From: Chrysomallon squamiferum
Lineage: Eukaryota; Animalia; Mollusca
Direction: 5' to 3'
DNA length: 64,000 bases
NCBI GenBank assembly: GCA_012295275.1
Contig: CM022670.1
Location: 1,612,001-1,676,000, forward strand
Part shown: piece by piece, positions 1 through 13,019 of the stretch
How the letters are laid out: each line of letters begins with the position of its first letter
Numbering within the stretch: the stretch's first letter is position 1
Program-made: the position numbers and the translations under genes
Notes under the pieces: generated by a model
Databases searched by the model: none
The model's input: only the letters and a program-made list of their open reading frames with translations
What the model was told of the DNA's origin: nothing

Positions 1-767
1 TAATTATTTCAAATGCACCATGAAATATTTAAATTTTTTTAATTTTTTTTTTTTATATTAATTGTTTAGAAAGAAATAGATGATGAAATGATAGAAATAA
101 TGTCAAAAAAAAACAAACAAATCCTTTAATCAAGGGAGACAAAATTTTATTATATCAAATTCATCATACCATTTTTATAAAACATAGATTTTTGGAAGAA
201 ATTAAAGACCATACAACAAAAATTCATACCTTTTTTTTTTAAAACGATTTTGTTTTTTTAATAAAAAGAAACAAACAATTGTATTGAGCCTATTACCAAG
301 CTGTGAATGTATTGATTTTCTTTATCTGCAGGTGTCTGGTTCAAACAGCAATAACAATGTGAACAGTAAGGGGCTGCTCATGTGTAGGAATTTTAAATGT
401 TTTTCTGTGCCTTGACATTATTAAATTTCACACAAATGAAATAAGATTTTTTTTTTTTTTTTAAAAGATGATGTTTCATAATACTAGAGATTTTTTGAAT
501 TTTTTTTAAATTAAGTAAAAAATAGTGTTATGTAGTTAAAAGGGATTTAGTTTTTAATTTGTATTTCTATTTCACTTTGAATATATCTGTCAAACTGTGA
601 TTAAGAATTTTATATATATATATATATATAGATGAAAACAGTTTTGTTATTATATACATACAATATTACAGTTAAACAAAAAAATATATATCATTTGTCA
701 TGTTTATAGATGATCTGTATTTACAAATCTACATTTTAACCCACTATTTCAAAAATGAAGATGCAAA

Positions 768-3150
768 AGATACCATGCTAATATAACACAAATCATAATA
801 AAACAGATCCCATGCTGTTATAACACAAATCATAACAGATACCATGCTGATATAACACAAATAATAACATACGAGATACCACACTGTTATAACACAAATC
901 ATAACATACCAGATGCCACCCTGTTATAACACAAATCATAACATACCAGATGCCACCCTGTTATAACACAAATCATAACATACCAGATACCACGCTGTTA
1001 TAACACAAATCATAACAGATGCCACGCTGTTATAACACAAATCATAACAGATACCACGCTGTTATAACACAAATCATAACAGATGCCACGCTGTTATAAC
1101 ACAAATCATAACATACCAGATACCACGCTGTTATAACATAAATCATAACAGATGCCACACTGTTATAACACAAATCATAACACATGCCACTCTGTTATAA
1201 CACAAATCATAACATACCAGATACCACGCTGTTATAACACAAATCATAACAGATACCACGCTGTTATAACACAAATCATAACAGATGCCACACTGTTATA
1301 ACATCATAACATACCAGATACCACGCTGTTATAACATAAATCATAACAGATGCCACAATAACACAAATCATAACAGATACCACACTGTTATAACACAAAT
1401 CATAACAGATACCACACTGTTATAACACAAATCATAACAGATGCCACGCTGTTATAACACAAATCATAACATACCAGATACCACGCTGTTATAACACAAA
1501 TCATAACATACCAGATACCACGCTGTTATAACACAAATCATAACAGATACCACACTGTTATAACACAAATCATAACAGATACCACACTGTTATAACACAA
1601 ATCATAACATACCAGATACCACGCTGTTATAACACAAATCATAACAGATGCCACAAATAACACAAATCATAACATACCAGATACCACGCTGTTATAACAC
1701 AAATCATACCAGATACCACGCTGTTATAACACAAATCATAACAGATACCACACTGTTATAACACAAATCATAACATACCAGATACCATGCTGTTATAACA
1801 CAAATCATACCAGATACCACGCTGTTATAACACAAATCATAACAGATGCCACGCTGTTATAACACAAATCATAACAGATGCCACGCTGTTATAACACAAA
1901 TCATAACAGATACCACGCTGTTATAACACAAATCATAACATACCAGATACCACGCTGTTATAACATAAATCATAACAGATGCCACGCTGTTATAACACAA
2001 ATCATAATAGATACCAGACTGTTATAACACAAATCATAACAGATACCACGCTGTTATAACACAAATCATAACATACCAGATACCACGCTGTTATAACACA
2101 AATCATAACATACCAGATACCACGCTGTTATAACACAAATCATAACAGATGCCACGCTGTTATAACACAAATCATAACAGATGCCACGCTGTTATAACAC
2201 AAATCATAACGTACCAGATACCACGCTGTTATAACACAAATCATAACAGATACCACGCTGTTATAACACAAATCATAACATACCAGATACCATGCTGTTA
2301 TAACACAAATCATAACAGATGCCACGCTGTTATAACACAAATCATAACAGATGCCACGCTGTTATAACACAAATCATAACATACCAGATACCACGCTGTT
2401 ATAACACAAATCATAACATACCAGATACCACACTGTTATAACACAAATCATAACAGATGCCACGCTGTTATAACACAAATCATAACAGATACCACGCTGT
2501 TATAACACAAATCATAACATACCAGATACCATGCTGTTATAACACAAATCATAACAGATACCACACTGTTATAACACAAATCATAACATACCAGATACCA
2601 CGCTGTTATAACACAAATCATAACATACCAGATACCACACTGTTATAACACAAATCATAACAGATGCCACATAACACAAATCATAACAGATACCATGTTT
2701 AACACAAATCATAACAGATACCACACTGTTATAACACAAATCATAACATACCAGATACCACGCTGTTATAACACAAATCATAACATAAGATACCATGCTG
2801 TTATAACACAAATCATAACATACCAGATACCATGCTGTTATAACACAAATCATAACAGATACCACACTGTTATAACACAAATCATAATATACCAGATACC
2901 ACGCTGTTATAACACAAATCATAACATAAGATACCATGCTGTTCTAACACAAATCATAACATAATAGATACCAGACTGTTATAACACAAATCATAACAGA
3001 TACCACGCTGTTATAACACAGATCATAACATAATAGATACCATGCTGTTATAACACAAATCATAACATAACAAATGCCATGCTTTTATAACACAAAACAT
3101 AATATAATAGATACCAGACTGATATAATACAAATCATGACATAACAGATA
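768..3150. repeat. Minisatellite, about 70 copies of interspersed 32-bp and 37-bp units
   Basis: Unit AGAT(A/G)CCAC(G/A)CTGTTATAACACAAATCATAAC, with or without a preceding ATACC; homogeneous core and degenerate edges. Confidence 0.97.
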
Positions 3151-3160
3151 GCTGTTTTGT

Positions 3161-3830
3161 TCTGGGGTTTTAGAAATTTAGATATAACTGAAAGACTTCA
3201 TCTCGAGTTTTACAAATATTTATTATGCACAAGTCAACACCAAGCTTTATGGTTTATGGTGAAATATCTGCCCACTGTCTATAAGTGTTAAAGTACAAAG
3301 GGTTGGTAAGTGCAAAGAGTACAAATTGTCTGGTGTACAGTACATGATATTATCATATAACCATAGTTTAAATGTTAAATCAAGTTCTTGGTTATCATCT
3401 ATAAAAGCTGTACTAGATCAATGTGGCTTATGTTACATATGTTCATGTCTCAAAGTGAATGACTTGTGGTTAAAACATGATGTTAAAAGAATTTTATGAG
3501 ACCAGTTCTTATTAAAATGGAATAGAGATAAACTTGAGTCATCTAAAGGCATTAATTATAGAATGTTTAAATTATATCAGTAAAGCCACGAACTAAAACT
3601 GCTAGAACATTAAATTTGGAATCAGTAATGTCAAGCTTCCTAGAGAAACTGACAGACGGTTCAGCACTGAAAGACAAGACAGAATATGTAATTTATGTAA
3701 TTCTCATATTGGTGATGAGTTCCACTATATTTTTAACTGTTCTTCTTTATCTGTTGAAGGAAATAAATATATATCATATTATTATACATTTAGACCAAAT
3801 GCAATAACATATCAACATTTATTTCCTACA
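3161..3830 (+). mobile_element. Decayed 5'-truncated non-LTR retrotransposon (LINE ORF2 3' part, RTEX/L2-like)
   Basis: Frame-broken translation WGFRNLDITERLHLEFYKYLL / KSTPSFMVYGE / SWLSSIKAVLDQCGL...WLKHDVKRIL*DQFLLKW...SSKGINYRMFK / KFGISNVKLPRETDR...RICNLCNSHIGDEFHYIFNC...YYYTFRPN; CX2CX8HX4C at 3687-3740. Confidence 0.85.
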
Positions 3831-4289
3831 AAAGAATTTTTTTTTTTTTTTTTTATATAAATGTTTCCAATATTTACAAATTGTGATTGAGAGAGTCAGT
3901 CTTCTGCATTAAATAAGAATTAATGTGTTTTGTACCACTACAGAAAATACTGTTTAAATTATGTTTTGTTTGTATGTAACAAATGCATCTGGTGCAGTCT
4001 TTAGAGAAGTACATTTCTTGTCTTGTCTTGATGGTTGAAATAACCAAATGAAAAACAACAACAACAACAACAACAACAAAAAATCTTTGTTTCTAATTAA
4101 CTGTAACGGAAGTTTTTGAGTTTCTTTCGATTACTTGAGACAACAAGCAACCAGGGAAAACTGTTCATTAGTCAGTTGTTTGACAGGAAACAATTTTAGA
4201 AATAATATTCCACTCAATCCCTTGTGAGGCAGATGGATTGAGTAACTGAGATAAAGTACTTTTTTTTTGAAGATCATACAGCTTAGCAT

Positions 4290-4670
4290 GAAACCCACAG
4301 AAACAGACAATGAGAGTTTAAAAAGATTAAAGAGAAAATGGATTTTGGTTGAGAGAGAGAAAGAGAGAAAGTGAGAGGATGAGAGAAATATTGAAAGACA
4401 ACAAAAGAAAGAGAGTTAGAAAACAGAAATACAGAGACACAAAGAGAAAGACAGACAGTAACAGAAAGAGAGAGTGAAGGAAATATAAAGAAAAAGAATA
4501 AAAGCTTAACAAGAATAATGAAGAAAACCAAACTAAAAAGAAAGAAAACTTTCAAAAAAGTAAAAAAAGGAGGAAATTAAAAGGGAAAGAAAAATGGGAA
4601 AAAGACAGATAAAGACAGGAAGCTGAATGATGCAAAGAGAATACAAATGAGCAGGAAATGAAGGAAATGG
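4290..4670. repeat. Purine-rich (GA) low-complexity tract
   Basis: Long run of gaga/gaaa/gaca motifs. Confidence 0.8.
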
Positions 4671-5649
4671 CCGAGTTTTGTGACAGGAACACATTATTCT
4701 GTACATTCGAAACATGCTCCTGAAAACCATGTGAGATGTTTCCTCTGTAATTTGTATCTGATGATGTCATCTCTGTATGTTAACAACAAGATAATCACAC
4801 TGCTTACCTTGTTCATGTCATAAGTTTGTACACAGAACAAGATTTAATTACATACTTTCAAAAGATTTTGGTAGGATTTATAAAAAAAATTTAGTAATTT
4901 TTTTTTTAATAAATACTTGTTGTTATTTTTATTTGCTGATCTGCTGAATTATGAAGAAAAAAAAATCAACAAACCTTAAATTTACATTAAAAACATTGTA
5001 TAATGTGTCCATATTGAAAACCAGTAATCAAACAAAATCAAATAACAGCCAAGGTTAATAATAATTATTTATATATATGATCTTTAATAAATCAATTGTG
5101 AAGCTATGGCAGGATTGGGAAAAAGTCTGGTTATGCATACATAGGATGTTTTTGTCTTTGTGTTAATGTATGCATGTGGAATATTTATTTGTGTTTTGTA
5201 TGTATGAAGGCAGAAATAATATTTTTAAGTGTATAATGATCTTTTAAAAATAAGCAAATAATCTTCTTTTTTTTAAATATGTTTATTTTTTAGAAAACTA
5301 CTTGCATAATACAAATCATTAGAATTTAATAAAAATAATAATAATAATAATAATTTCAAAATCAATTATGCTAAAGTATAAATTAAATTGAAGTGTAAAA
5401 AAAAAGAAAAGTTAAACAACCATGCTGTACTCTTTTAACACAGTTTATAACCAAGAGCCACTGACATTTTCAGTCCATTCACTGCCAATCTTATCACAGC
5501 AGTAACTTCATAGCCAGACTGCCTAGCAACACGTGTGTGTCTTCTGTTGTATTTCCAACCTATCAGTGTGGTAGCCTGACTGTTTTGAAATAACTCTACG
5601 TTAGTGTTTTAAATAATAATAGTGTGTTCGTTTTTCATATTCAGAGTGA

Positions 5650-6170
5650 TATATATTTTGATTTATTTCTATATCCAAGTTGCCAGTTATGTTTTCAAAA
5701 GTATTTCTGCATCCAAATTATCTGTAATATTTTAAAAAGAATTTTTTTTTTTTTCATGAAAGTTGCCTGTGATGTTTTGAAAAGTATTTCAGCATATCAG
5801 CTCTAAGTAATAGGTATTTTTATTTATTTCTGTATGCTAGTTATCATAATTATATTTGGTTTTTTATATATTAAATAATCCTACATTCAGTTTGTCAGTA
5901 AAATTTGGTTTTAAATGTTTTTATCCAAGCTTATAATGATACTCAGTTTTATTTATTTTCACATTCAAGTTATCAATAATATTTCTTTGTGATATTTGTT
6001 TTTAAATATTTCTAAATCAAAGTTATCAGTAACATTTATTTTTGATTATTTCTAAATCCAAGTTTTCAATAATATTTATTTTTAATTATTTCTAAATCCA
6101 AATTATCAGTAACATTTTTTTTTAAATGTTTGTGCATCCAAGCTACCCATGATATTCAAATATTAATACT
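5650..6170. repeat. Degenerate tandem repeat, about 39-bp period
   Basis: Recurring TTCTAAATCCAAGTTATCAGTAACATTTATTTT-like units. Confidence 0.7.
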
Positions 6171-6380
6171 TCCACATGCTGTAATGAAAGAGAATATCTT
6201 CATCCTGTGACTGGGTTTCAATAACTCTGTGGAAATGTCACTCAAGTTTTAACACTGAATATCTTAACTGCTTGTCAGCTGTTAGTCCATAAACTAATGT
6301 TAACAGATTGATTTTTATATTTGGTTTTTGTAATGTATGGATCCAAATTATACACAGGATACACTAAGTATATGTAGGCA

Positions 6381-6430
<50 letters not shown>

Positions 6431-8339
6431 AACAAGACATACATGTTTATAGACATATTGATCCAAATTCAGATAATATATGCAATCCATAATCTATACA
6501 TATATGCATAAATTATAAGCACAGACATAAACTGACACATGTAACTGCATACAAATATATGCAGAAACAGGCACACAAAGATTTAAACATGATATGTAAT
6601 ACAGACACACACACATAATTATGTATATCAAATATACTGAAACATTCAGACATTCATATATTGATCTCTCTTTTATTAAAAAATACATGAATATATTGGT
6701 GTATATTAATCTGTGTGTAACTTAATAAATATTTCCATATAGATACACACAAACACATTAACTTAATAATGATACTTAATCATTTTATTAAATTTTACTT
6801 TATCAAACATTTTTTTCCCCTCCATTTTATTAAGCATAAATAAGAAATTAGCTTATATATATTAATTTATATATTTATGCTTGAGAAAGTAAAATTTAAT
6901 AAAATATTTCTGAACATTTAATATTACTGATAGGACAGAAATGTTGATCAGTGGAGAAGACAGATGCAAAATTCATTACAAACTGAGTCCGATAATCTCC
7001 CTATGAATACCAGCTTCAGATGGTAGATACAGGGATAATTAGGGTGTGGCTGTGTGGGTGTGGGTATGTGTGTCTGGGTGATTGTTTGTTGGTTATTTGA
7101 TCCGTATGCAAGTATCTGTAGCTTATTGTACTGAATATTTTTATGTATGAATGTATTAGGTATGTTGCTTATATTTAGATATGTTTATACACATTGCTAC
7201 ACATTTATGTACATGTTCTAAATATGTTTATATGTTTGTGTGTATGTGGTATGTGTAGGTGTGTGCCTGTGTTTGTGAATATGACTAAAATATAATTTAA
7301 TATATATGTGTTTTAATATATATGTATGTGTATGTTTGTAAAGAGTTCATTTACTTGCATATATGTATACATTAAATATCATACTTAGATATCTTATTTC
7401 ATTTGTTTGAAAAATTTCTTTAGAACAAAAATTCATTTCTTATATAGATTTTGTTTTATGTTATTTATTTTTTTGTTTTTTTTAAATTTGTTTAAGGGAA
7501 AAGATCTGTTAAAGAAAATAAGATTTTATAAGATTTAATTATAGTAAATTCATAGGATATAGTATTCAGCTAAAATGAAAATATATAGATGGGTTAGAAA
7601 ATTTATTTTAAAAAGCCCAGAAAGAAAGATGCAAGAAACAAAAATTTAAGTGTTAATTTTTTTTATCTGGAAAATAGAATTATCAAGAAATATATGAAAA
7701 GAAAGTAAGGCTACTGCATTTTACTATTTGAAAGTTTTAAAAATCACATTATAATGCTCATTTTCTTTCTAATATTATATAAAAAAAAAACATTTATTAA
7801 AATATTTTATTGGTATGAAAATATTACAAAATACTCTTGTACACTTCCATATGAATTTTGATTGACTGGACATCAGTCTTAGATAAATTAATATGTTTGT
7901 GTTTTTCTTTCTTTCTTTCTTTCTAAAACAAACAAACAAAAAAATCAGCCTCCATACATTCTGATAATCTTGTTAGTTTACAGAAATACTTTATTGTTAG
8001 CAAAAAATGATTGCAAGTAACAAATAAAACAAAGACCTGGAAAGAATTTATAATGAAATGTCCAATCTCTGTGTACAACAGTTTTAATTATTCTTTATAA
8101 AAATATTGTGATTCCTTATCAATGAATATTATTGCAAGAATAAATAAAATTCCTGTTGTATAAGAATAATGAATCAAGACGAATAATATTCAATCAATTA
8201 TTACATATAGATTTTTTTAAATTCAGATTTGCTTTTAATAATTTCTATGTTTTTAATTTGCTGAATATTTGTGAAATAAAAAGAGTATGTTAGGGGAGAT
8301 AACCAATGATTTTTTTTAAAGTTGTACAATAATTATGTT

Positions 8340-8650
8340 ACTAAAACAACAACAACAGTAACTGTTAGTAATTCGTATTACTAGTATTATTTCTACTATT
8401 ACCATTACTAATACAATTACTACTATTACTTTTACAACACCCTGAATTACACATTTACTACAATTATTACTTCTACTACTACCACCACCACCACCGCCAT
8501 TCTTATTATTACTAATACATCTGCTACTGCTGCTATTAACATTAGTATTACTACTACCACAGTGATTATTTCAACTACTGCTGCTAGCGTACTAAAGCTA
8601 CCACTTCTGCTATTGTATTTAGTATTAATATCACATTACTGCTATTCATT
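8340..8650. repeat. Degenerate (ACT/ATT/ACC)n low-complexity tract
   Basis: tactattaccattactaat... trinucleotide periodicity. Confidence 0.7.
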
Positions 8651-8867
8651 CCTGTAATTTAAAAAGCAAAAACACCCACTGACATCACTAATGAATATTT
8701 TAATACTGAAACTTAATATGACAAGAAAAAAAGGAAAGGAAACAAAAGAAAAAACAAACAAAAGGAAACAGAAGAGAAAGAAAGAAAACAAAAAAAATCT
8801 GTTGTTCAACATTTCACGTCAGGTTAATCATCTCATGTTTGATATTTTTAATGAGACGCAGACTCAC

Positions 8868-9027
8868 TTCTCTGCAGTGGGTGACTTCCTCTGTATTTTG
8901 AAGCAGACGTCTCAGCAGAGAGGTCATTGTCCGGAGAGATGTTCAGAAGAAGAACTTGCTCTTGACCAGCTCGATCTTCACCTTCATTCAGCCCGTTCTT
9001 CTCACTGCTTGTATCATGGCCGTTCAT
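8868..9027 (-). CDS. Probable first coding exon of an unidentified minus-strand gene (exon 8868-9031)
   Basis: GC-rich island; minus strand ttattgcag|AAAA ATG... reads MNGHDTSSEKNGLNEGEDRAGQEQVLLLNISPDNDLSAETSASKYRGSHPLQR+A|GTGAGT; the rest of the gene is presumably left of the window. Confidence 0.7.
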
Positions 9028-10826
9028 TTTTCTGCAATAAGTACGTTTTAAAAAGAAGGATTATTTTAATTTTATAAAGAGACATGTTTTCACTTTGTTT
9101 TGTTACAAATTATTGAAAAAGTGTGGTCTTAGTCTGAAGTATTAGAAAACAGAATCTGTGTCACCCCTGCATAGGTTACTCCTACAGAGGAGCAGTGAAG
9201 CTGGACAATTTTTTGAAAGAATATTTTCTTTGTATATTCTCTTTATTGAATGACGTTTGAGTAATTTTTATATTCTCACTTTTAAAATTAACTGTTTGTA
9301 TCTTAATGATATTTATGTTGTGTATATGTGTACGATTGCATGTGAGTCTTCTGAGGACTTCCAGAAAATATTATGAAATAAAAAAGCAAAAATAAAAAAC
9401 CTGAATAAATTCTTGAACAAAAAATACTACAAAAAACAACATTGAAACAAACAAAGAAAAAAAATAAAAAAAAAAAAAAATCCCGGCAAGAACAAATGAA
9501 AGAACAGTTACCTATTTATGAGTCTACATTTGTGAAACTCTTTTCATCCTTTATACCAACCCACTAACAGCCAGTTGTGTGTGTATTGTAAATTAAAGTT
9601 CTGTAATCAATGCAGTAATATTCTGTGACATCATAGTTAATGCAAATGTTTCTTTTTTTAAACCAATATCATTTACTCATCTCTGTGCTGTGAAGTGTAT
9701 AGAACAGAAAATGTCATGTGACTAGTTATTTAAACATCATGGAGTGTGCTGTGTTGTCACATTTGTGAAAAACTAACTGAGGTACATGGTTTCATATGTG
9801 TGTTGCTGATGTTTGAAAATTAAAAATTGCTGGTTAATCTAATTATCTATTTTGATTGATAACTGTTGATTATGTGACAATTCGAATCTTTCAAAACCAC
9901 GCAGGTCTCTGGTTTATACCAGTATAAAATAAAGACTGGTAAGAAATGAATAATTCTTGGATACTACAAATGATTATTCTCTACAGAAAATTTGCTTAAA
10001 ATTAAAAACAGACAAAAAATTCCAGACCAACACCTGAATATTAGTTTTTTGTTACTTCTTCATCCAGTGTATCCAGAATGGTATACAGATTTAGATTTAT
10101 ATCTATATTCAAATTACCAGTAATATTTGAATTCCAAAACGCGATAAAAGGCAAAACCAAAAATTAAAAAAAAAATATGTCACCAAAAGTTCAGCATTTT
10201 TACAGGTGTTCAACATCCATAATCATTTTCACCAAAATTCTGTATCCACCACTGATCTACACAGTAGACTTTAGACCTTTGTTACCTAATGTTATGAACT
10301 CCAAAGCAGAAACAGTCATTTTTCTCAAAACAAAGAAAACTGATTTATAGTGTTTTGGAACCAAACTCTTCATTTGTTTTTATTTAAATTTGAAGACTCA
10401 ATATCTAAACAAATTTTCTTGAAAAAGAGATAACATCCAAGGGTTTAAAATCTGATCCTGAATATTATTACATGAAATAGAAAAAGTTACATGCCAAAAT
10501 AGCTATTCTTTGTTACACACAATTATTATCAATGACATTTTTTTATTTTTCTCTAACTAAGATTAATATCTGAAACAATAAATTAATGCATAAATACTTT
10601 TTTATTCTAAACAATGCATTAAACACCAAATAAGCATTTTGAAATTTATCTCTTTGGAGAATAAAATTATAAATACTGAACGAATTTTTGAATCAAAGAT
10701 TTCAGGAAGAAATTTAAATTTTATATTAAAAATAGTAACAAAATAGTCCTATAAAATAATTTTTAAAAGCAATCATTAAAAAAAAAAAAAAAAAGGTACA
10801 ATAAAGAAAGAAAAGAGAACTAAAGA

Positions 10827-10827
<1 letters not shown>

Positions 10828-10892
<65 letters not shown>

Positions 10893-10905
10893 AATAAATA
10901 ATAAT
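10828..10905. repeat. (AAT)n/(AAAT)n microsatellite
   Basis: Direct reading. Confidence 0.95.
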
Positions 10906-12649
10906 GAAATAGATATACTGGTAATAAAGAAAAGTATATTCTATTAAAAATGACGGTATTAGAAATATATAATTACCTTCTGGTGGTACAGAGAATAAAA
11001 AAAGGTTTCAGCTAGTCCCAGACTGGTAGTGATATCTCAGAGTAAACCTGATAGCAATAAAAAGACACGTAACTGTCACCTCGGTGTTAAGCCCCTCCCT
11101 TCATATCAGCCCAGGACGTACTGGCTGGACACAAACAACACTGATACATACACTGATATTACAAGACACCCAGATGATGACCTTTCCTAGAATGTCTTTT
11201 AGGGGTTCTGGGGATTAAGAATGAATAAAATAATTTAAATATCTTTCTATAACTATATTTTAGGGATACTGGAAGAGAGAGAAATAGTCCAGAAATAATA
11301 CAAGAAGTAACATTTAAGTTTTATTTACTTTAAAAACCAGTAAGAAAACTTTTCCAACAAATATTTTATGTAAAATAGAAAAGTGGTCAAGTTCAATAAG
11401 CTTCAATTGATGAAACCAGTCAAGGAAACTAGTGTTAAAAATATATATTTATGGATTGTAGAAATTAGATTAAAAATGCAGAAAACCAGATGTACTGAAT
11501 CAATGTTAATTTTTTTTTTGTCTTGTCACTTTTGTTACTAATATTCTTTACAAGGTCTCTTTTAGCAGTTTCTTTCATCTTCAAAGGGAGTTGTGAATTA
11601 AAAGAGTAACATATGTGCCAGTGAAAATATGTTTGAATATAAAACAAACTGTGGGTTCACTGTATTAACAGTGCACTTTAAGAATGTATACTCTATCAAA
11701 ACTGAACATGTTAGTACAGATGTAAGATGCATGCAAACTTGCAAATCATAAAAATTAATTTGAAATTATTTACAATATCTTTTCAGTGGAGAGTAACATG
11801 TATTCTATTTTTACTTCTAAGAACAAGAGTGACCTTCAACTATTGTAAACTACTCCCAGTTTCCCTTCAATGGTCTTGATGATATCATATTTTTGGGCTC
11901 ATGCCATTTCAAAATCTACTTTATAATGTAAAATAAATAAACAAACAATAAATATTGACCTCCATAAATGTTTCAGTCATCAAAATGTGTACTACAATAT
12001 ATTATGTGTGGTGTATAAATGTAGATGTATATAATTAACAGATAAGCACAACAATACATATATAAAATAAAAATATATCTTCTTCTATTACATTAAAACA
12101 CACTGATTTGTTTGTTTTTTCTGATGTAATAATAAATATAATATTTAGAAAATGATGGCTTTTGAAGTTCTTTTTATTATTCTTAAATGCTTTAATTTTA
12201 AAATATTGTAAAATTATCTTCATTAAGTTAAAAACAGAATCTGGTTTCAGTTTAATAGCAATACAATTTATTGTTGTGTTGAAACAATATACTAAAAGAT
12301 TATTTCTTATTCAAAAGACTTGAATTTCAGCTGAGGCTGAGTTTAGTAACTTTTAAAATTCTTCCACCAGAAATCTCTTGATGTATGCCTGTCTTTGGGG
12401 AACCACTTTAACTTCATCACAGAGTTTTGGCCAAGCCAATATATATCTATTGGCATTACAAATTTGACTTTGAAATAATATAGAGGAGTTGTTGTTTTTC
12501 TGTGATAAGAATAAATTCTGTTGATTATAGGCTAAGAAAAATTAAAAATTAAAATAAATAAAAACAGCCATAGCAATAAGAAAAATGATAACAACTATAA
12601 TATTAAAAAGCAACAACATCAATACTGAAAATAATAACACTACTGCTAA

Positions 12650-12795
12650 TAATTATTATTATTGTTGTTTTTATTATTATATGTATAATTATTGTTATTA
12701 TTACATGTATCATTATTATTATTATTATTATTACACGTATCATTATTATTATTATTATTATTATGTATCATTATTATTATTATTATTATTATTAT
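12650..12795. repeat. Compound (TAT)n microsatellite with higher-order interruptions
   Basis: (tat)n blocks separated by recurring GTATCAT motifs. Confidence 0.9.
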
Positions 12796-12985
12796 AAAAA
12801 TAGTGTAAACAGTAATACCTGTATCTGCAACATTAAACAACTCTGAACTGCTCCACGTCTCAGTGTCCATGTTGCTTCATGACTGGTGTATTGACACCAA
12901 TTCATTTTTCTTAAAACAACTTGCTTTATCTTCATCTATCACGAGACAGAAACATGTTAATGATGTTATGTACCCAGTTTCTATA

Positions 12986-13019
<34 letters not shown>

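Noticed and set aside
768-3150. CRISPR-like array, and the ORFs at 2140-2964
   Set aside because: No unique spacers, no cas genes, eukaryotic context; the ORFs are repeat read-through
4283-4770. Phe/Leu/Ser-rich minus-strand ORFs
   Set aside because: Translation of the GA-rich low-complexity tract
8691-9077. 128-aa + strand ORF
   Set aside because: Antisense shadow of the minus-strand exon plus an A-rich tract
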